NCBI GenBank assembly: GCA_001823695.1
Contig: MHVD01000015.1
Coordinates: 2,445 to 66,444, forward strand
Length of the DNA: 64,000 nt
From: Candidatus Zambryskibacteria bacterium RIFCSPHIGHO2_01_FULL_43_25
Lineage (GTDB): Bacteria > Patescibacteriota > Minisyncoccia > Phycocordibacterales > Zambryskibacteraceae
Direction: 5' to 3'
Under the pieces are notes generated by a model that worked only from the letters and a program-made list of their open reading frames with translations, made no database searches and had not been told where the DNA came from. Below are positions 47,735 to 58,190 of this stretch, in pieces. Position numbers and translations under genes: made by a program. Positions within the stretch are counted from its first letter, which is position 1, and each line of letters opens with the position of its first letter.

Positions 47735-48148
47735 CTAGCGAGAGCGCTTCATTTGCAACCCCCTGTCCTTGAGGGCCGCGTTCTCGAGCGCGAGTTCAGC
47801 ATACATACGCTTGAGTCTTGTGTTCTGGTTTTCCAGATCCCGCAACCGCTCTTGGTCTTGCATCGCGGACCCGCCCAACATCTCGATGAACAACTTGCTC
47901 TCGGATATACCAAGCGCCCTAGCAATCAGGTGGACTTGGGGAACCGTGAGATGCGCGCGCCCCTTCTCGACACGATGCAGGTGCGCAACCGAGACTCCTC
48001 TCTTCGCGGGATCAACTTTCTTGGTTGCACCCCAGAGAGCACGCAGGGAGAACCTCCGCTCCGTGCGATTGTTGCGCAAGGCGATCGCCTCGGCAGACAA
48101 AGACACAGAACCCCTCTCGGGATTTGCGTCTGCAACTACGGATGACAT
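47735..48148 (-). CDS. XRE-type HTH protein with an IS3 OrfA-like coiled-coil tail
   Basis: VSVAHLHRVEKG..IARALGI followed by RLRDLENQNTRLKRMYAELALENAALKD; TTGACA-N16-TATAAT at 48202-48229. Confidence 0.65.
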   Translation of the reverse strand: MSSVVADANPERGSVSLSAEAIALRNNRTERRFSLRALWGATKKVDPAKRGVSVAHLHRVEKGRAHLTVPQVHLIARALGISESKLFIEMLGGSAMQDQERLRDLENQNTRLKRMYAELALENAALKDRGLQMKRSR

Positions 48149-48440
48149 GGGGTTTTCTCCGCGTGGAGGTGGGGGGTGAAAGAAACGTCTATCCGTTACT
48201 AATTATATCAAGTTGTTAAATCTTGTCAAGTTGCAAAAAAACTAAAAACTGTTAAAATATACACGTAGTTCTTTAAGAGCGAAATCAGCCCCAAAGACCC
48301 TGCGGTGCAGTGTCGGGGTAAAAAACACCCTCTCTTTTCTTTGGATTTGGAAAAGCCCAAAGGGAAGAGAGGGGCAGTCATGATTAATGGCAACCGTGCC
48401 TTGTCCGGCACGAGCAAGCTTCTCTCAACAATTCAATCTT

Positions 48441-48620
48441 ATGAGGATTAGAAGCGTTGTGGGATTGGGGCTTGCCATAATTATGGCGAAGTTTCTAGTC
48501 CCGAGAATTTTTTCGGGATTTGAGAACACCCTCGTGTTGTTCTTTGATCTCGCGCAAACCATACTTACTCGCGGGAACAATTCCGCGACAAGTATTGGCA
48601 GTTTCTTGCCCTCTCCGTAG
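48441..48620 (+). CDS. small hypothetical membrane protein
   Basis: MRIRSVVGLGLAIIMAKFLVP. Confidence 0.5.
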   Translation: MRIRSVVGLGLAIIMAKFLVPRIFSGFENTLVLFFDLAQTILTRGNNSATSIGSFLPSP

Positions 48621-48915
48621 GCAGAAGAGCCTTTCGGGCGGGGCAGGGAAGAGAAAACCGGCAGCTGACTTCACAGCTTGTCCGGTTTTTTGCTGAAAAT
48701 TGACAAAAGCGTTAAAAAACGGATTAAAATTATAGCCAAAATATAGCTACAGATATAGTTATTTTAGACTTTTTTGTTACGAAAAAGATTGACAAATAAA
48801 CTAAAACATGCTAAGATAGATATGTCCAGGTTAGAACCTGGATTTTTCTTTTTACGGAGACGACAGAATTATCCATTAAGCAAAATCTATTATAAATCTC
48901 GCGACAGTTGGTTTA

Positions 48916-49344
48916 TTGGCCGTCATTTCTGGATTCAGTACTTTGAACATATCCGCAAGTGTTGATGGGGCAGTTGCTCCGGAGACAATCGTGGAGAATA
49001 TGGTGGAGAAGGTAGATGAACGCCCGTTCACTACCGAAGAGCAGGTGAAGAAGTACTTCCGAGACATTCCTGTCTTGGTTGATATCGCTCAATGTGAATC
49101 TCGTTTCAGACATACAGGAAAGAGCGGCAGTATTATCCGCGGCGAGATAAATCCATACGATATCGGCGTCATGCAAATAAACGAGTGGTATCACGGCAAG
49201 ACTGCGAAAAAACTGGGATACGACCTATACTCCATAGAAGGTAATATGGCCTACGCTAGGTATCTATATGAGAAAGAAGGCTCCAGGCCGTGGAATTCAT
49301 CCTCACATTGCTGGGACGATTATAAGGAATTGGCCCGTAAATAA
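48916..49344 (+). CDS. lysozyme-like / lytic transglycosylase fold protein (start uncertain)
   Basis: IAQCES, DIGVMQIN, GN..YA..LY..G..PW motifs. Confidence 0.75.
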   Translation: MAVISGFSTLNISASVDGAVAPETIVENMVEKVDERPFTTEEQVKKYFRDIPVLVDIAQCESRFRHTGKSGSIIRGEINPYDIGVMQINEWYHGKTAKKLGYDLYSIEGNMAYARYLYEKEGSRPWNSSSHCWDDYKELARK

Positions 49345-49386
49345 AGATGTCCTCGGAGCAAAGTCCGAGGCGTTAAGGCGGCTAAA

Positions 49387-49426
49387 GCAAAAACCCCGAA
49401 GGGCGGAAGCTCCTCGGGGTTTTTGC
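49387..49426. terminator. bidirectional intrinsic terminator
   Basis: GCAAAAACCCCGA...TCGGGGTTTTTGC between convergent genes. Confidence 0.75.
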
Positions 49427-49433
49427 GTTTCTG

Positions 49434-49895
49434 CTACGGCCGCTGTTTTAGCAGGAAAACGCTTGAAATAAATATTAGCGTGGTTGTTATTGCCGAGATC
49501 ATACAATAAGTGCAGATAGCTTCAATAAGGAAGATTTGGGCATATACAAGCCAAAGAGAAAATACAAAACCAAAACCGGAGATAGCCGCTATGGCCTGTT
49601 TGACGGCCATGTGCCTTTTCTCCAATATAAACAGGGAAGCGAGGAATAGAAACAAATAATAAACCGCTCCGACTAGCGCCATTGGAATGCCCAAGATGGT
49701 GCTGTACTTGCTCGTGGTGACAACATCACAACCCTCGGTTATAAAACACGGAGGAGTAATGCCGAGAATGCTGTTCGCGGAAAGATATAAGGAATCAACG
49801 AAGCCGATAAATGCAAGAATGATTATAAAAATAATTATTCTTTTCTGGACGGTTCCAAGCTCAATTGGCGTAATAGAAGAGGAATCCATATTCAT
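49434..49895 (-). CDS. vitamin K epoxide reductase family protein
   Basis: C.....CDVVTTSKYS, GIP and ICTYC motifs; follows DsbA. Confidence 0.92.
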   Translation of the reverse strand: MNMDSSSITPIELGTVQKRIIIFIIILAFIGFVDSLYLSANSILGITPPCFITEGCDVVTTSKYSTILGIPMALVGAVYYLFLFLASLFILEKRHMAVKQAIAAISGFGFVFSLWLVYAQIFLIEAICTYCMISAITTTLIFISSVFLLKQRP

Positions 49896-49896
49896 A

Positions 49897-50556
49897 TTAC
49901 TGTACAACTTCAGGAGTTATTTCTTTAGCAATCAAATCGACGAATTCCTGATAAGAGTTCGGGTTCGCTATCTTTTTGCCATTTACAAACATGGTCGGAG
50001 TTGAGTTTAGGTTAAGGCGCAGAGCTTCTTTGAGGTCGTTTGCGACTTTGTCCGCGGCTGCTTCTGATTTTAGGTCAGTTTTGTATTTTTCTATATCCAA
50101 GCCGATTGCTGAAGCATATTTGTCAAAGAAGGCAATATCGCGGCTTCCTGACCACTCCTCCTGATTGTCAAAGAGGGCATTGTGCATTTCCCAGAACTTT
50201 CCCTGAAGAGCGGCGGCTTCCGAAACTAGCGCGGAATTATTCGCGTTCGCGTGGATCTGTCGAAGAGGGAAATGACGATAAATTACTCTGACATCTGAAG
50301 GGAAGTCCTCTACCAGCTGACTTAATACAGGATAGTACGTTTGGCAAGCCGGACATTGAAAGTCACTCCACTCAACTATTGTTACTCTAGCATTCTCTCC
50401 GGCGCCTTTTATATGATCTTGTGGTGTAATTTCAATCTCGGATTTCTCTGCCCCATCTTCCGATAGGGAAGGGTTGGCTGGTTTTGATGCGAGCCACATT
50501 ACCCCGAAAGCGACGATGATGATTACCAACAGTCCTATTGTCCAACTTTTTTTCAT
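49897..50556 (-). CDS. DsbA-like thioredoxin-fold protein
   Basis: SDFQCPAC, RHFPL and STPT motifs. Confidence 0.92.
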   Translation of the reverse strand: MKKSWTIGLLVIIIVAFGVMWLASKPANPSLSEDGAEKSEIEITPQDHIKGAGENARVTIVEWSDFQCPACQTYYPVLSQLVEDFPSDVRVIYRHFPLRQIHANANNSALVSEAAALQGKFWEMHNALFDNQEEWSGSRDIAFFDKYASAIGLDIEKYKTDLKSEAAADKVANDLKEALRLNLNSTPTMFVNGKKIANPNSYQEFVDLIAKEITPEVVQ

Positions 50557-50752
50557 ATCAACAATTTAGAATTTGTAACTGCTTAATACTAATATAATTT
50601 TCCTAAGAATCAAGTAGCACTTCTTGGGGGAGGAGTATCTATTGATTAGGTCCCGCCTTGTATAATCGTGTCGCACAATATATCTTTTACGCGGGTTGCT
50701 TATACGACCTATATATAAAGGGCTTTAAATTGAAACAGTTCTCTCCCCTAGT

Positions 50753-51415
50753 TTATTTTTTTCCAACTCGCAGCGCTTTTCTATCTTTGCAGAATTTCTG
50801 GAATGTACCCCACCCCATTAGCTGTTGCCTATCATTAAGACTGGACTTTTTATTTTGCACTAATTGGTCCAATACGTTCTGCGACAGTTTCTCGTTCATT
50901 TGAAGAAAAATTACCGGATATTGTCCCATTGATTCGTTGTTGTATTTATGAAGCTTGCTGTTAAGGCATCCGGCCAGGTTTCTTCGGTCTGAAGGATAGA
51001 ATACGTCAACACAAAAACCTTTTCCAGTGTCGTAAACGAAAAAATCCGCCCTTGTTCTCTTGTCGTCGCTAAAAAAGTATTCACGGTGAACGAATTCCTT
51101 TCCGAAACGACCCTTAAGGTATTCATACACCGTTTTTTCAGTTTTATGGGCGCGTGTGTTGATTTTATGAGCGCGTTCCGAACTATGTTTTCCACTTCTA
51201 AAATCCGGTTGGGTTTCCAACCTCAGCTTCTTGCGAAGAGCCACAAGACCGCCAAACCTGCGTTCAATTGAACGAGCTGATGGCAGGTATGGATATTTGT
51301 CTACTTCCGGAGCTGTTGGGTATCTACCGTTTTGGTCAAAGAAATGTTTTAGGCCGGACATCAGCTCTTTTTCTGTCCACGGTTTTTGTTTTCCGAGTTT
51401 TTGCGCACGGAGCAT
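50753..51415 (-). CDS. putative nuclease: homing-endonuclease-associated-like N-terminus plus PD-(D/E)xK-like domain
   Basis: GRYPT..LPSARSIERRFGG followed by E..VY, RADFFV and VDV. Confidence 0.5.
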   Translation of the reverse strand: MLRAQKLGKQKPWTEKELMSGLKHFFDQNGRYPTAPEVDKYPYLPSARSIERRFGGLVALRKKLRLETQPDFRSGKHSSERAHKINTRAHKTEKTVYEYLKGRFGKEFVHREYFFSDDKRTRADFFVYDTGKGFCVDVFYPSDRRNLAGCLNSKLHKYNNESMGQYPVIFLQMNEKLSQNVLDQLVQNKKSSLNDRQQLMGWGTFQKFCKDRKALRVGKK

Positions 51416-51452
51416 TACCTAATTATATATCTAGAGTCGTATAACACAACTG

Positions 51453-51560
51453 TTAATCCATGAGCTTTTCCCACCAGCTGAATGTAAGATGCAAAAACAG
51501 ATACATTGGAATGTATATCGGGGCCAATAGCAGGAATAGTATGATCTTTACAGCTTTCAT
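51453..51560 (-). CDS. 35 aa membrane microprotein
   Basis: TAAGGAGG upstream; manual translation MKAVKIILFLLLAPIYIPMYLFLHLTFSWWEKLMD*. Confidence 0.5.
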   Translation of the reverse strand: MKAVKIILFLLLAPIYIPMYLFLHLTFSWWEKLMD

Positions 51561-51601
51561 TTAAAAAGGGCCTCCTTAGAGGCGTATTTTGCCGTATTAA
51601 G

Positions 51602-51907
51602 TTAACTGGCAGGTTGATTTGAGTCAACCCAGTCTTTGATAATGGTAGCTACCTTGACCATATTATCCCAGACTATATCTATAACCACCTCGTCCCAGAT
51701 ATAGTTAGCGACCCCGCTTATGTATCTGTCCCAGACGATAGTTATTGCTGTCTTGGCGTAGTTGAGTACATTCTGGACTGATGGAGATTTTATAAAATTA
51801 ATAACATTGAAATCAAAAAAATATCCCAGAACAGAAAGGCCTATAATCAGGGATATTATCGTGCCGATGAACCCTCTTCTGCTGTCTTTCCCGGAAATTT
51901 TTGTCAT
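51602..51907 (-). CDS. hypothetical membrane protein
   Basis: Basic N-terminus, RRGF, then a hydrophobic helix. Confidence 0.65.
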   Translation of the reverse strand: MTKISGKDSRRGFIGTIISLIIGLSVLGYFFDFNVINFIKSPSVQNVLNYAKTAITIVWDRYISGVANYIWDEVVIDIVWDNMVKVATIIKDWVDSNQPAS

Positions 51908-51922
51908 TGTATTAACATAATA

Positions 51923-53224
51923 TTATGGCAGAGGCGGCAAATATGCCAGAGGATCAAGATAGGCGCTGGAAGGAGCTACTGGGATTGCTACCTGCTTGCA
52001 AAATTTGCTTTGAGTGTATTTTTGGATTGTAACTCCTTGGGAAGCGTAGATAGAAAGATGCAGGTGTGGGCCGGTTGAATATCCAGCTCCCGGTGTTCCC
52101 GGCTGACCGCCGCTCCAGCCGATTACCTCTCCTCTAGAAACATTGTTTCCTGTTGAAACTTTTATTCCGGAGAGATGCGCGTACATGCTTGAAAGTCCAT
52201 TACCGTGCTTTATAAGAAGCCACCTGCCGTATGAATAACAGCCGCGCTGGTCGTCGGTATTTCCCATACCGACGACCACTCCGTCTGCCACACTCTTTAC
52301 AGGAGTACCCATGGAAGCTCTGAAGTCTATTCCGTTGTGGGTTCCGGAGACGTACAATCTTTTCGCTTCCACCGTTGCGCCAAATTTCTGAGTAAGGAAG
52401 ATATTGTCAAGCGGCCAGCTTAGCACTTCTCCGCTGTCGGGCAATTTGCTTTTGTCTATCTGAATTTGTAGTTGTGATTCAAATTCAAAAAGCTCGCTTT
52501 CAAATTTTTTCCCCAACTCTATATTTTTCTGCAGAAGCTCTTTGTATTCCGCTTCTTTGCTCTTTGTCTCTGAAAGCAGCGTGTTTTTTGCCTTCTTGTT
52601 TTGTTCAACCACAACTTTCTTGTCTGACAAATCTTCTTTGTAATATACTAGCTCCCCTTCCTTCTCTTCGTTGTTTGTCTTCTTTTCTTCAAGGTCTTTC
52701 TTCAGAGTCCTCAAGGAATCAATATTATGCCTAATGCTTGTCTGAAATCTCTTTAGAGTTTCGATAGTATCCCAAAAATCGTTTATATTTTTGTATTGAA
52801 GCATTGTTTCTAGTAGACTCTGCTTCTCGTCTTGTTCAAGATTGCGGATGGATTCCGCTATTGCTTCTTTGTCGTAGGAAATGCTCTTTTCGGTGTCGCC
52901 TATTTCAATCCCAAGTTTTTCTATTACAAGCTGGGTGTTGTTTATTTTTGTCTCCGTAACTTTTATATCGTTCTGAAGTTTTTTTCGGGTTGTATCCAGA
53001 GACTTGACTGCGTTCTCTAAAGTTTGGGCCTGTTTGTTGGTTTCGTCTATCTGGACTTCAAGCTTGCGGTTTTCTTCTTCCAGTTTTTCCTTTTCTTTTC
53101 TGGTCTCCTCTATTTTTCTCTCCAATTCCTCAATGCTTAGAGCTTGCGCGCCATTAACGCCAAAAAACAACCCGAAAGTTGCCAAAACGAGCAATATGAG
53201 GATGGATTGTATTAATTTCCGCAT
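51923..53224 (-). CDS. coiled-coil M23 peptidase (EnvC/CwlO-like)
   Basis: Signal peptide, coiled coil, HNGID, YAHL and STGPHLH motifs. Confidence 0.9.
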   Translation of the reverse strand: MRKLIQSILILLVLATFGLFFGVNGAQALSIEELERKIEETRKEKEKLEEENRKLEVQIDETNKQAQTLENAVKSLDTTRKKLQNDIKVTETKINNTQLVIEKLGIEIGDTEKSISYDKEAIAESIRNLEQDEKQSLLETMLQYKNINDFWDTIETLKRFQTSIRHNIDSLRTLKKDLEEKKTNNEEKEGELVYYKEDLSDKKVVVEQNKKAKNTLLSETKSKEAEYKELLQKNIELGKKFESELFEFESQLQIQIDKSKLPDSGEVLSWPLDNIFLTQKFGATVEAKRLYVSGTHNGIDFRASMGTPVKSVADGVVVGMGNTDDQRGCYSYGRWLLIKHGNGLSSMYAHLSGIKVSTGNNVSRGEVIGWSGGQPGTPGAGYSTGPHLHLSIYASQGVTIQKYTQSKFCKQVAIPVAPSSAYLDPLAYLPPLP

Positions 53225-53246
53225 TATTTTGTTTTTTCATCACGCC

Positions 53247-54605
53247 TTATTTTCTGCCGGTTTCTGCGTCTATCTTTCGGACAGCTTCTTTTATTCTCTC
53301 AGAAGTTTCTTTCTTGCCAAGTATCTGAGCCAAAACAAAGGGATCTGGTGATTTATCTTTTCCTGAAAGTGCTACCCTAAAAGGCCACAGAACTGCTCCT
53401 CTCCCCTCTTTTTCCGCATAGCTCCAGATAAATCCTTTCACTTTTTCTGCTGAAAGTTCTTTTTCATCCTGTTCTTGAAGTATTGCTCCAACCGTATTCA
53501 GATGACGGATTATGTCGCTCTTTTCTTGCTCTCCTTTGTAATTTAACACGGACGCGCCGTAAACGGGTTTTTCAAAAAAATAGTCTAAATCTCCGGAAGC
53601 CATAAGCTCGTCAACTTCTGACCATTTTGATATTCTTTCTGAAATTAACGGCTCAATTTTCCCGGCGAGGTCCTCCCCGCTTCCCCACTCTCTATCTTTT
53701 GATTTTTCTGACTGAATAATTTTTTCTATAATGATTTTCTTTCTTTCCTCTTCAGGCATTCTTTTTATATGTTCCTTGTTGACCCAGAGCAGCTTGTTCT
53801 CGTCGAATATAGCTCCTCCTTTTTGAATTCGCGATAAATCAAAAACTTCAACAAGTTCTTTCATAGAAAATATTTCCCTGTCGTCATCGGGATGCCAGCC
53901 AAGAAGCGCCAGGTAATTCACCATAGCTTCCGGCAAGAAACCCCTGTCTTTAAACTCGTTTATTGACACTGCCCCGTGCCTTTTGGACATTTTTGATCTG
54001 TCTTTGGCCAATATAAGCGGAATATGGCTGTACTTGGGCCGAGGCGCTCCTATGGCCTCCTGAATCAAAATCTGCCTTGGGGTGTTTGATATATGGTCTT
54101 CGCCGCGTATCACATGATTAATGTTCATTTCGAAGTCATCAACAACCACCGCAAAATGATACAGCGGTTCGTCCATTGATCTGGCTATGACAAAATCACC
54201 CAACTCTTCTGTGTTGAAACTGACTTGCCCGCGGACAGTATCTTCAAAAGAAATGTCTCTGTTTGGATTTCTAAATCTAATCACTTCATCTCTATTTCCA
54301 CCCTCTTCCTCTTTTGACAAATAAGCCTTGTTTTCGTCAATCAGCTTCTTCAGCCATTTTTTGTGCGAGTCTATTCTTTCTGACTGTCTGTAAAATTCGT
54401 CGTATTTTATTCCAAGCCAGTTGAAGCCGTCTATAATATTTTTCTCATATTCCGGTTTGTTTCTTTCCTTGTCGGTGTCTTCAATTCGTACGATAAAAAC
54501 CCCGCCCTCCTTTCTGGCAAACAAGAAATTAAACAACGCAGTTCGCGCAGTGCCTATATGCAGATTACCCGTCGGAGACGGGGCAATTCTTACTCGTGGC
54601 GTCAT
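53247..54605 (-). CDS. gltX: glutamyl-tRNA synthetase
   Basis: APSPTGNLHIG, RGEDH and KMSKR motifs. Confidence 0.96.
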   Translation of the reverse strand: MTPRVRIAPSPTGNLHIGTARTALFNFLFARKEGGVFIVRIEDTDKERNKPEYEKNIIDGFNWLGIKYDEFYRQSERIDSHKKWLKKLIDENKAYLSKEEEGGNRDEVIRFRNPNRDISFEDTVRGQVSFNTEELGDFVIARSMDEPLYHFAVVVDDFEMNINHVIRGEDHISNTPRQILIQEAIGAPRPKYSHIPLILAKDRSKMSKRHGAVSINEFKDRGFLPEAMVNYLALLGWHPDDDREIFSMKELVEVFDLSRIQKGGAIFDENKLLWVNKEHIKRMPEEERKKIIIEKIIQSEKSKDREWGSGEDLAGKIEPLISERISKWSEVDELMASGDLDYFFEKPVYGASVLNYKGEQEKSDIIRHLNTVGAILQEQDEKELSAEKVKGFIWSYAEKEGRGAVLWPFRVALSGKDKSPDPFVLAQILGKKETSERIKEAVRKIDAETGRK

Positions 54606-54789
54606 TCTGTTAGAAGCAGGAAACGCACTTGCCGTTTCTGCCTGAAATTTTAAGAATATTAAACTTATTTTGACTGTACTGTTCCATCATTTACACATTA
54701 CCACACTTCAGTCCAGTATATAAATTTCCGTCTTTTTTTGATTGAATGATGTAAGTGTAATACATGGCTTCAGACATTTGTTATGGGAC

Positions 54790-55917
54790 TTATTGTTCGT
54801 GTTTTAGGGCGATTTTTAGTATTTCTTCGGCTATGAGAGTGGCCGCATCAGCTCTGACGAAATTTTTTGTTGACTCTTTCATTTTTTGATAAAGTTCCGG
54901 ATCGCTGGTTATTCTTTCAATTTCGGCAAACAAAATATTTCCGGACAGATTATTTTGCTCAATCACGGCTGCCGCTCCCGTTCTGGCATAGGCGAAGGCG
55001 TTTTTCGTCTGGTGGTCGCCGTTTGAGCTTGGTATTGGAATGATTATGCTTGGTATGCCCCACGATGCGATTTCAAATATGCTTGAACCGGCGCGCGAGA
55101 TGACTATTGTAGCCGCTCCGGCGGCTGATCGAAGCTCAAGATCGTTCAAAAACGGAAACGCCTTGTAGCGATTTTTGTTCGGATTATTTTGCAACACCAC
55201 TTCGACGGTTTTCTTGACTTCATCCAAATGATCTTTGCCGGTCTGGTGGATTATCTGATATTTCTCAACAAGCTTAGGCAGTGCTTCCATCATGACTTCA
55301 TTTATAGCGCTGGCTCCCAAAGAACCTCCCAAGATAAGCACTACGGGAATGTTCTTATCTAATCCGAAATACTCGTGGGCATTTGCGGAAAGCGTCTCTC
55401 TTATCTCTTTTCGTATCGGCTGGCCGGTAAAGGCAACCTTGTCCTTCGGGAAATATTTTGCCGCGTCCTGATAAGAGACAGCTATTCTTCTGGCGAATTT
55501 TGCCGCCCAGAGATTTGTCTTGCCCGGAACGGAATCCGACTCGTGAATAACTACGGGAATGCGGAGAATTCTTGCGGCGAAGAGCGCCGGGAAGCTGGCA
55601 TACCCGCCCTTGCCAAAAACCACATCGGGATATACCAAGAAAATTTCCCAAACCGATTTGATAATGCCCCAGCCGGTTTTGAACAAGTCAAAAAAGTTAA
55701 GGACCGAGAAGTATCTTCTGATTTTGCCGGCGTAGTTTTTCTTGAAAATCAGATTGTTGTCGTAGAGTATTCCCTGATTGTAGGGGCTGTGGGACATAAA
55801 ATACAGCTCAAAATCAACCATTCTGTTTTCTCCGGCAATCCGCTTTAGTTCCTGCGCTATTGCGACTATTGGGTAGAAATGACCTCCTGTTCCTCCTCCT
55901 GTAAGTAAAAATTTCAT
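54790..55917 (-). CDS. murG: MurG glycosyltransferase
   Basis: GGGTGGH, GGY, HE, GGSLGA, SRAG and HQ..NA motifs. Confidence 0.95.
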   Translation of the reverse strand: MKFLLTGGGTGGHFYPIVAIAQELKRIAGENRMVDFELYFMSHSPYNQGILYDNNLIFKKNYAGKIRRYFSVLNFFDLFKTGWGIIKSVWEIFLVYPDVVFGKGGYASFPALFAARILRIPVVIHESDSVPGKTNLWAAKFARRIAVSYQDAAKYFPKDKVAFTGQPIRKEIRETLSANAHEYFGLDKNIPVVLILGGSLGASAINEVMMEALPKLVEKYQIIHQTGKDHLDEVKKTVEVVLQNNPNKNRYKAFPFLNDLELRSAAGAATIVISRAGSSIFEIASWGIPSIIIPIPSSNGDHQTKNAFAYARTGAAAVIEQNNLSGNILFAEIERITSDPELYQKMKESTKNFVRADAATLIAEEILKIALKHEQ

Positions 55918-56008
55918 ATTAAAGATAAATACTAAAATCGGGCCTTATCCCCGGGCTTTGTCATTGAGACTTGCGCTTATTATACCAAAAAACCCATATA
56001 GAACGACA

Positions 56009-57106
56009 CTAAGAGAGCTTTTGGTGTCTTGAGACGCTGAGTACAATGCCGGCCTCGGCAAGCGTAAAGAGCAGTGCCGTGCCGCCGTGACTGACAAAAG
56101 GCAGGGGCACTCCGGCCAGAGGCAGAACTCCCAGCATGGCCCCGATATTAACGAACGCCTGGGAAATAATCATAACCACGATGCCTACAGTCAGCAATCT
56201 GCCGAAAGTATCATCTGTTCTGGCCGCTATCCGCATGCCTTGGAAAGCGAAAGCCACAAAAGCGAAAATGAGCGCGACACTGCCTAAAAATCCGAATTCC
56301 TCCGCCGCTACAGCGAAAATTGAATCCCCTATCGGTTCCGGAAGAAAGTTGAATTTTTGGATACTTTGCCCGAATCCTCTGCCGGAAATTCCGCCGGATC
56401 CTATCGCGATATAGGACTGCTGTATCTGATAACTTGAACTCTGGCCGTTTTTTGCCGGTTCAAGAAAGGTCATTAGTCTCTGTTTTATGTAAGGCCTGAA
56501 CGAAGCCATAATCAAAAGCCCGATAATGGCTATAAGAAAAATGGACAATACGTGTTTCCACTTTCCTCCGCCAGTTAGAAACATTGCCAAACCGGATATT
56601 ATAATTACAGCGAATGTGTCGGTATCCGGCTGAGACAGGACCAGCAATCCGCATATTGTAAACAGCACAAGCAGAGGCAGAAGTCCGAATTTGAAAGTTC
56701 CTATTTTATCCTTAATGCCCGATATCCAAGCGGCCAGATAAATAATAAATGTGACTTTAAGCAATTCAGAAGGCTGGAATGAAAAGTCGCCCAGAATAAT
56801 CCAGCGTTTCGCGCCGGCGTGTTCAAACCCAAGCCCCGTGAAAACCAGAAGCATTACGACTATGCCGATGACAAAAAGAATCAGGGCATATTTCCGCCAG
56901 ACTCTGAAGTGGATTCTTGAAAGTATGATTAGCGCAACTGTGCCCAAAAACAGGCCGAAAAAAGTCTGAGAGAAAGCGACATCCGAATATTTGCCTCCGC
57001 TGCCGGCAAGCAAGCCGAGCGAAGCCGAATTGAAAATAAGAAAACCGATTACCGTCAACACGATAACCCAGAACAAGAAAGCTCTGTCTATTCGGGTCTT
57101 TCTCAT
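56009..57106 (-). CDS. ftsW: SEDS family protein FtsW
   Basis: GAKRW, QPSE, QPD, EEFG and LPFVSHGG motifs. Confidence 0.92.
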   Translation of the reverse strand: MRKTRIDRAFLFWVIVLTVIGFLIFNSASLGLLAGSGGKYSDVAFSQTFFGLFLGTVALIILSRIHFRVWRKYALILFVIGIVVMLLVFTGLGFEHAGAKRWIILGDFSFQPSELLKVTFIIYLAAWISGIKDKIGTFKFGLLPLLVLFTICGLLVLSQPDTDTFAVIIISGLAMFLTGGGKWKHVLSIFLIAIIGLLIMASFRPYIKQRLMTFLEPAKNGQSSSYQIQQSYIAIGSGGISGRGFGQSIQKFNFLPEPIGDSIFAVAAEEFGFLGSVALIFAFVAFAFQGMRIAARTDDTFGRLLTVGIVVMIISQAFVNIGAMLGVLPLAGVPLPFVSHGGTALLFTLAEAGIVLSVSRHQKLS

Positions 57107-57113
57107 AAAAAAT

Positions 57114-58190
57114 CTAACCAATAAGCGCAAAAACTACTCCGACAATCGCCACCACAATACCCACTATCCAAAAGCGCATCGTTACTTTGTATGCCGGCCA
57201 GCCAATCGCTTCAAAATGATGGTGAATCGGCGCAACAAGAAAGACCTTCTTTCCGTGTCTTAATTTCTTTGAGGCCACCTGTATGACGACAGACGCCGTC
57301 GTCAAGAGAAGTGGCAGAGCTATTATAGGCAACACCATGATTCCGTACCCGCCCGCCAGCGAATCGGTCATAAACGCTACGACAGCCAGGGTGATAGTGA
57401 GCCCCATCATGCCCGTTTCCGACATGTAAAATCTGGCGGGCGGTATATTGAACCAGAGGAAAGCCAGAATAGCACCGACTACCATAAGGCAAAATGCCGC
57501 CAAATTTATCTGTTGCTGGTAAAAGGCAATTCCGGCATAGGCAGTGTACATCGTTGCAAAAATGCCTCCGGAAAGACCGTCTAGGCCGTCTATTATGCCT
57601 CCGGAATAGATAATAAGCGTCACAAGCGCGAAGAAAGGCACGAATAGCCAACCCAAATTCCAGTCAGAGATAATGCCCGGCGTTCCTATGGTTGATACGT
57701 CCAATTTAAAGAAAAACCACGCTCCCCAAAACAAACCTATTGCGCCTACAACCAGAAGACGTTTTTTCAGAGACAGTCCGCCCGCCTTGTTGTCTTTGCT
57801 CCCCTTCACCTCCATATAGTCATCAAGAAGACCAACCAGCGAACCGGCGATGAGGGTGAAAAGCGGAATCCAGGTCTGGCTCCTGCTTAGGAAATCCAGT
57901 TTCAGGGTGGTATCGGTGCTCAAAAACAAAGATATTACCCAGACAAGAAGAATTGTTATCAAAGACGACAGCCAGACTATCACTCCGCCCATCCTTGGAG
58001 TTCCGACTTCTTTTTGTTCGTGAAGCTTGTTGAAAATGGGAGTTTCGTTGCCGCTTAGGTCAACCTTGCCGGCTTTCTTTTTCCACATCTTTTTGCTATA
58101 GAGAAAATCAGAAATAGGCGGAGTGATCAAAACCCCGATGCAAAACGCCAGAACTGCGGGCAAAAATACTTTTACTATGTCAACAATCAT
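57114..58190 (-). CDS. mraY: phospho-N-acetylmuramoyl-pentapeptide transferase
   Basis: GTPRMGG, LLDD, DGLDGL and APIHHHFE motifs. Confidence 0.94.
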   Translation of the reverse strand: MIVDIVKVFLPAVLAFCIGVLITPPISDFLYSKKMWKKKAGKVDLSGNETPIFNKLHEQKEVGTPRMGGVIVWLSSLITILLVWVISLFLSTDTTLKLDFLSRSQTWIPLFTLIAGSLVGLLDDYMEVKGSKDNKAGGLSLKKRLLVVGAIGLFWGAWFFFKLDVSTIGTPGIISDWNLGWLFVPFFALVTLIIYSGGIIDGLDGLSGGIFATMYTAYAGIAFYQQQINLAAFCLMVVGAILAFLWFNIPPARFYMSETGMMGLTITLAVVAFMTDSLAGGYGIMVLPIIALPLLLTTASVVIQVASKKLRHGKKVFLVAPIHHHFEAIGWPAYKVTMRFWIVGIVVAIVGVVFALIG

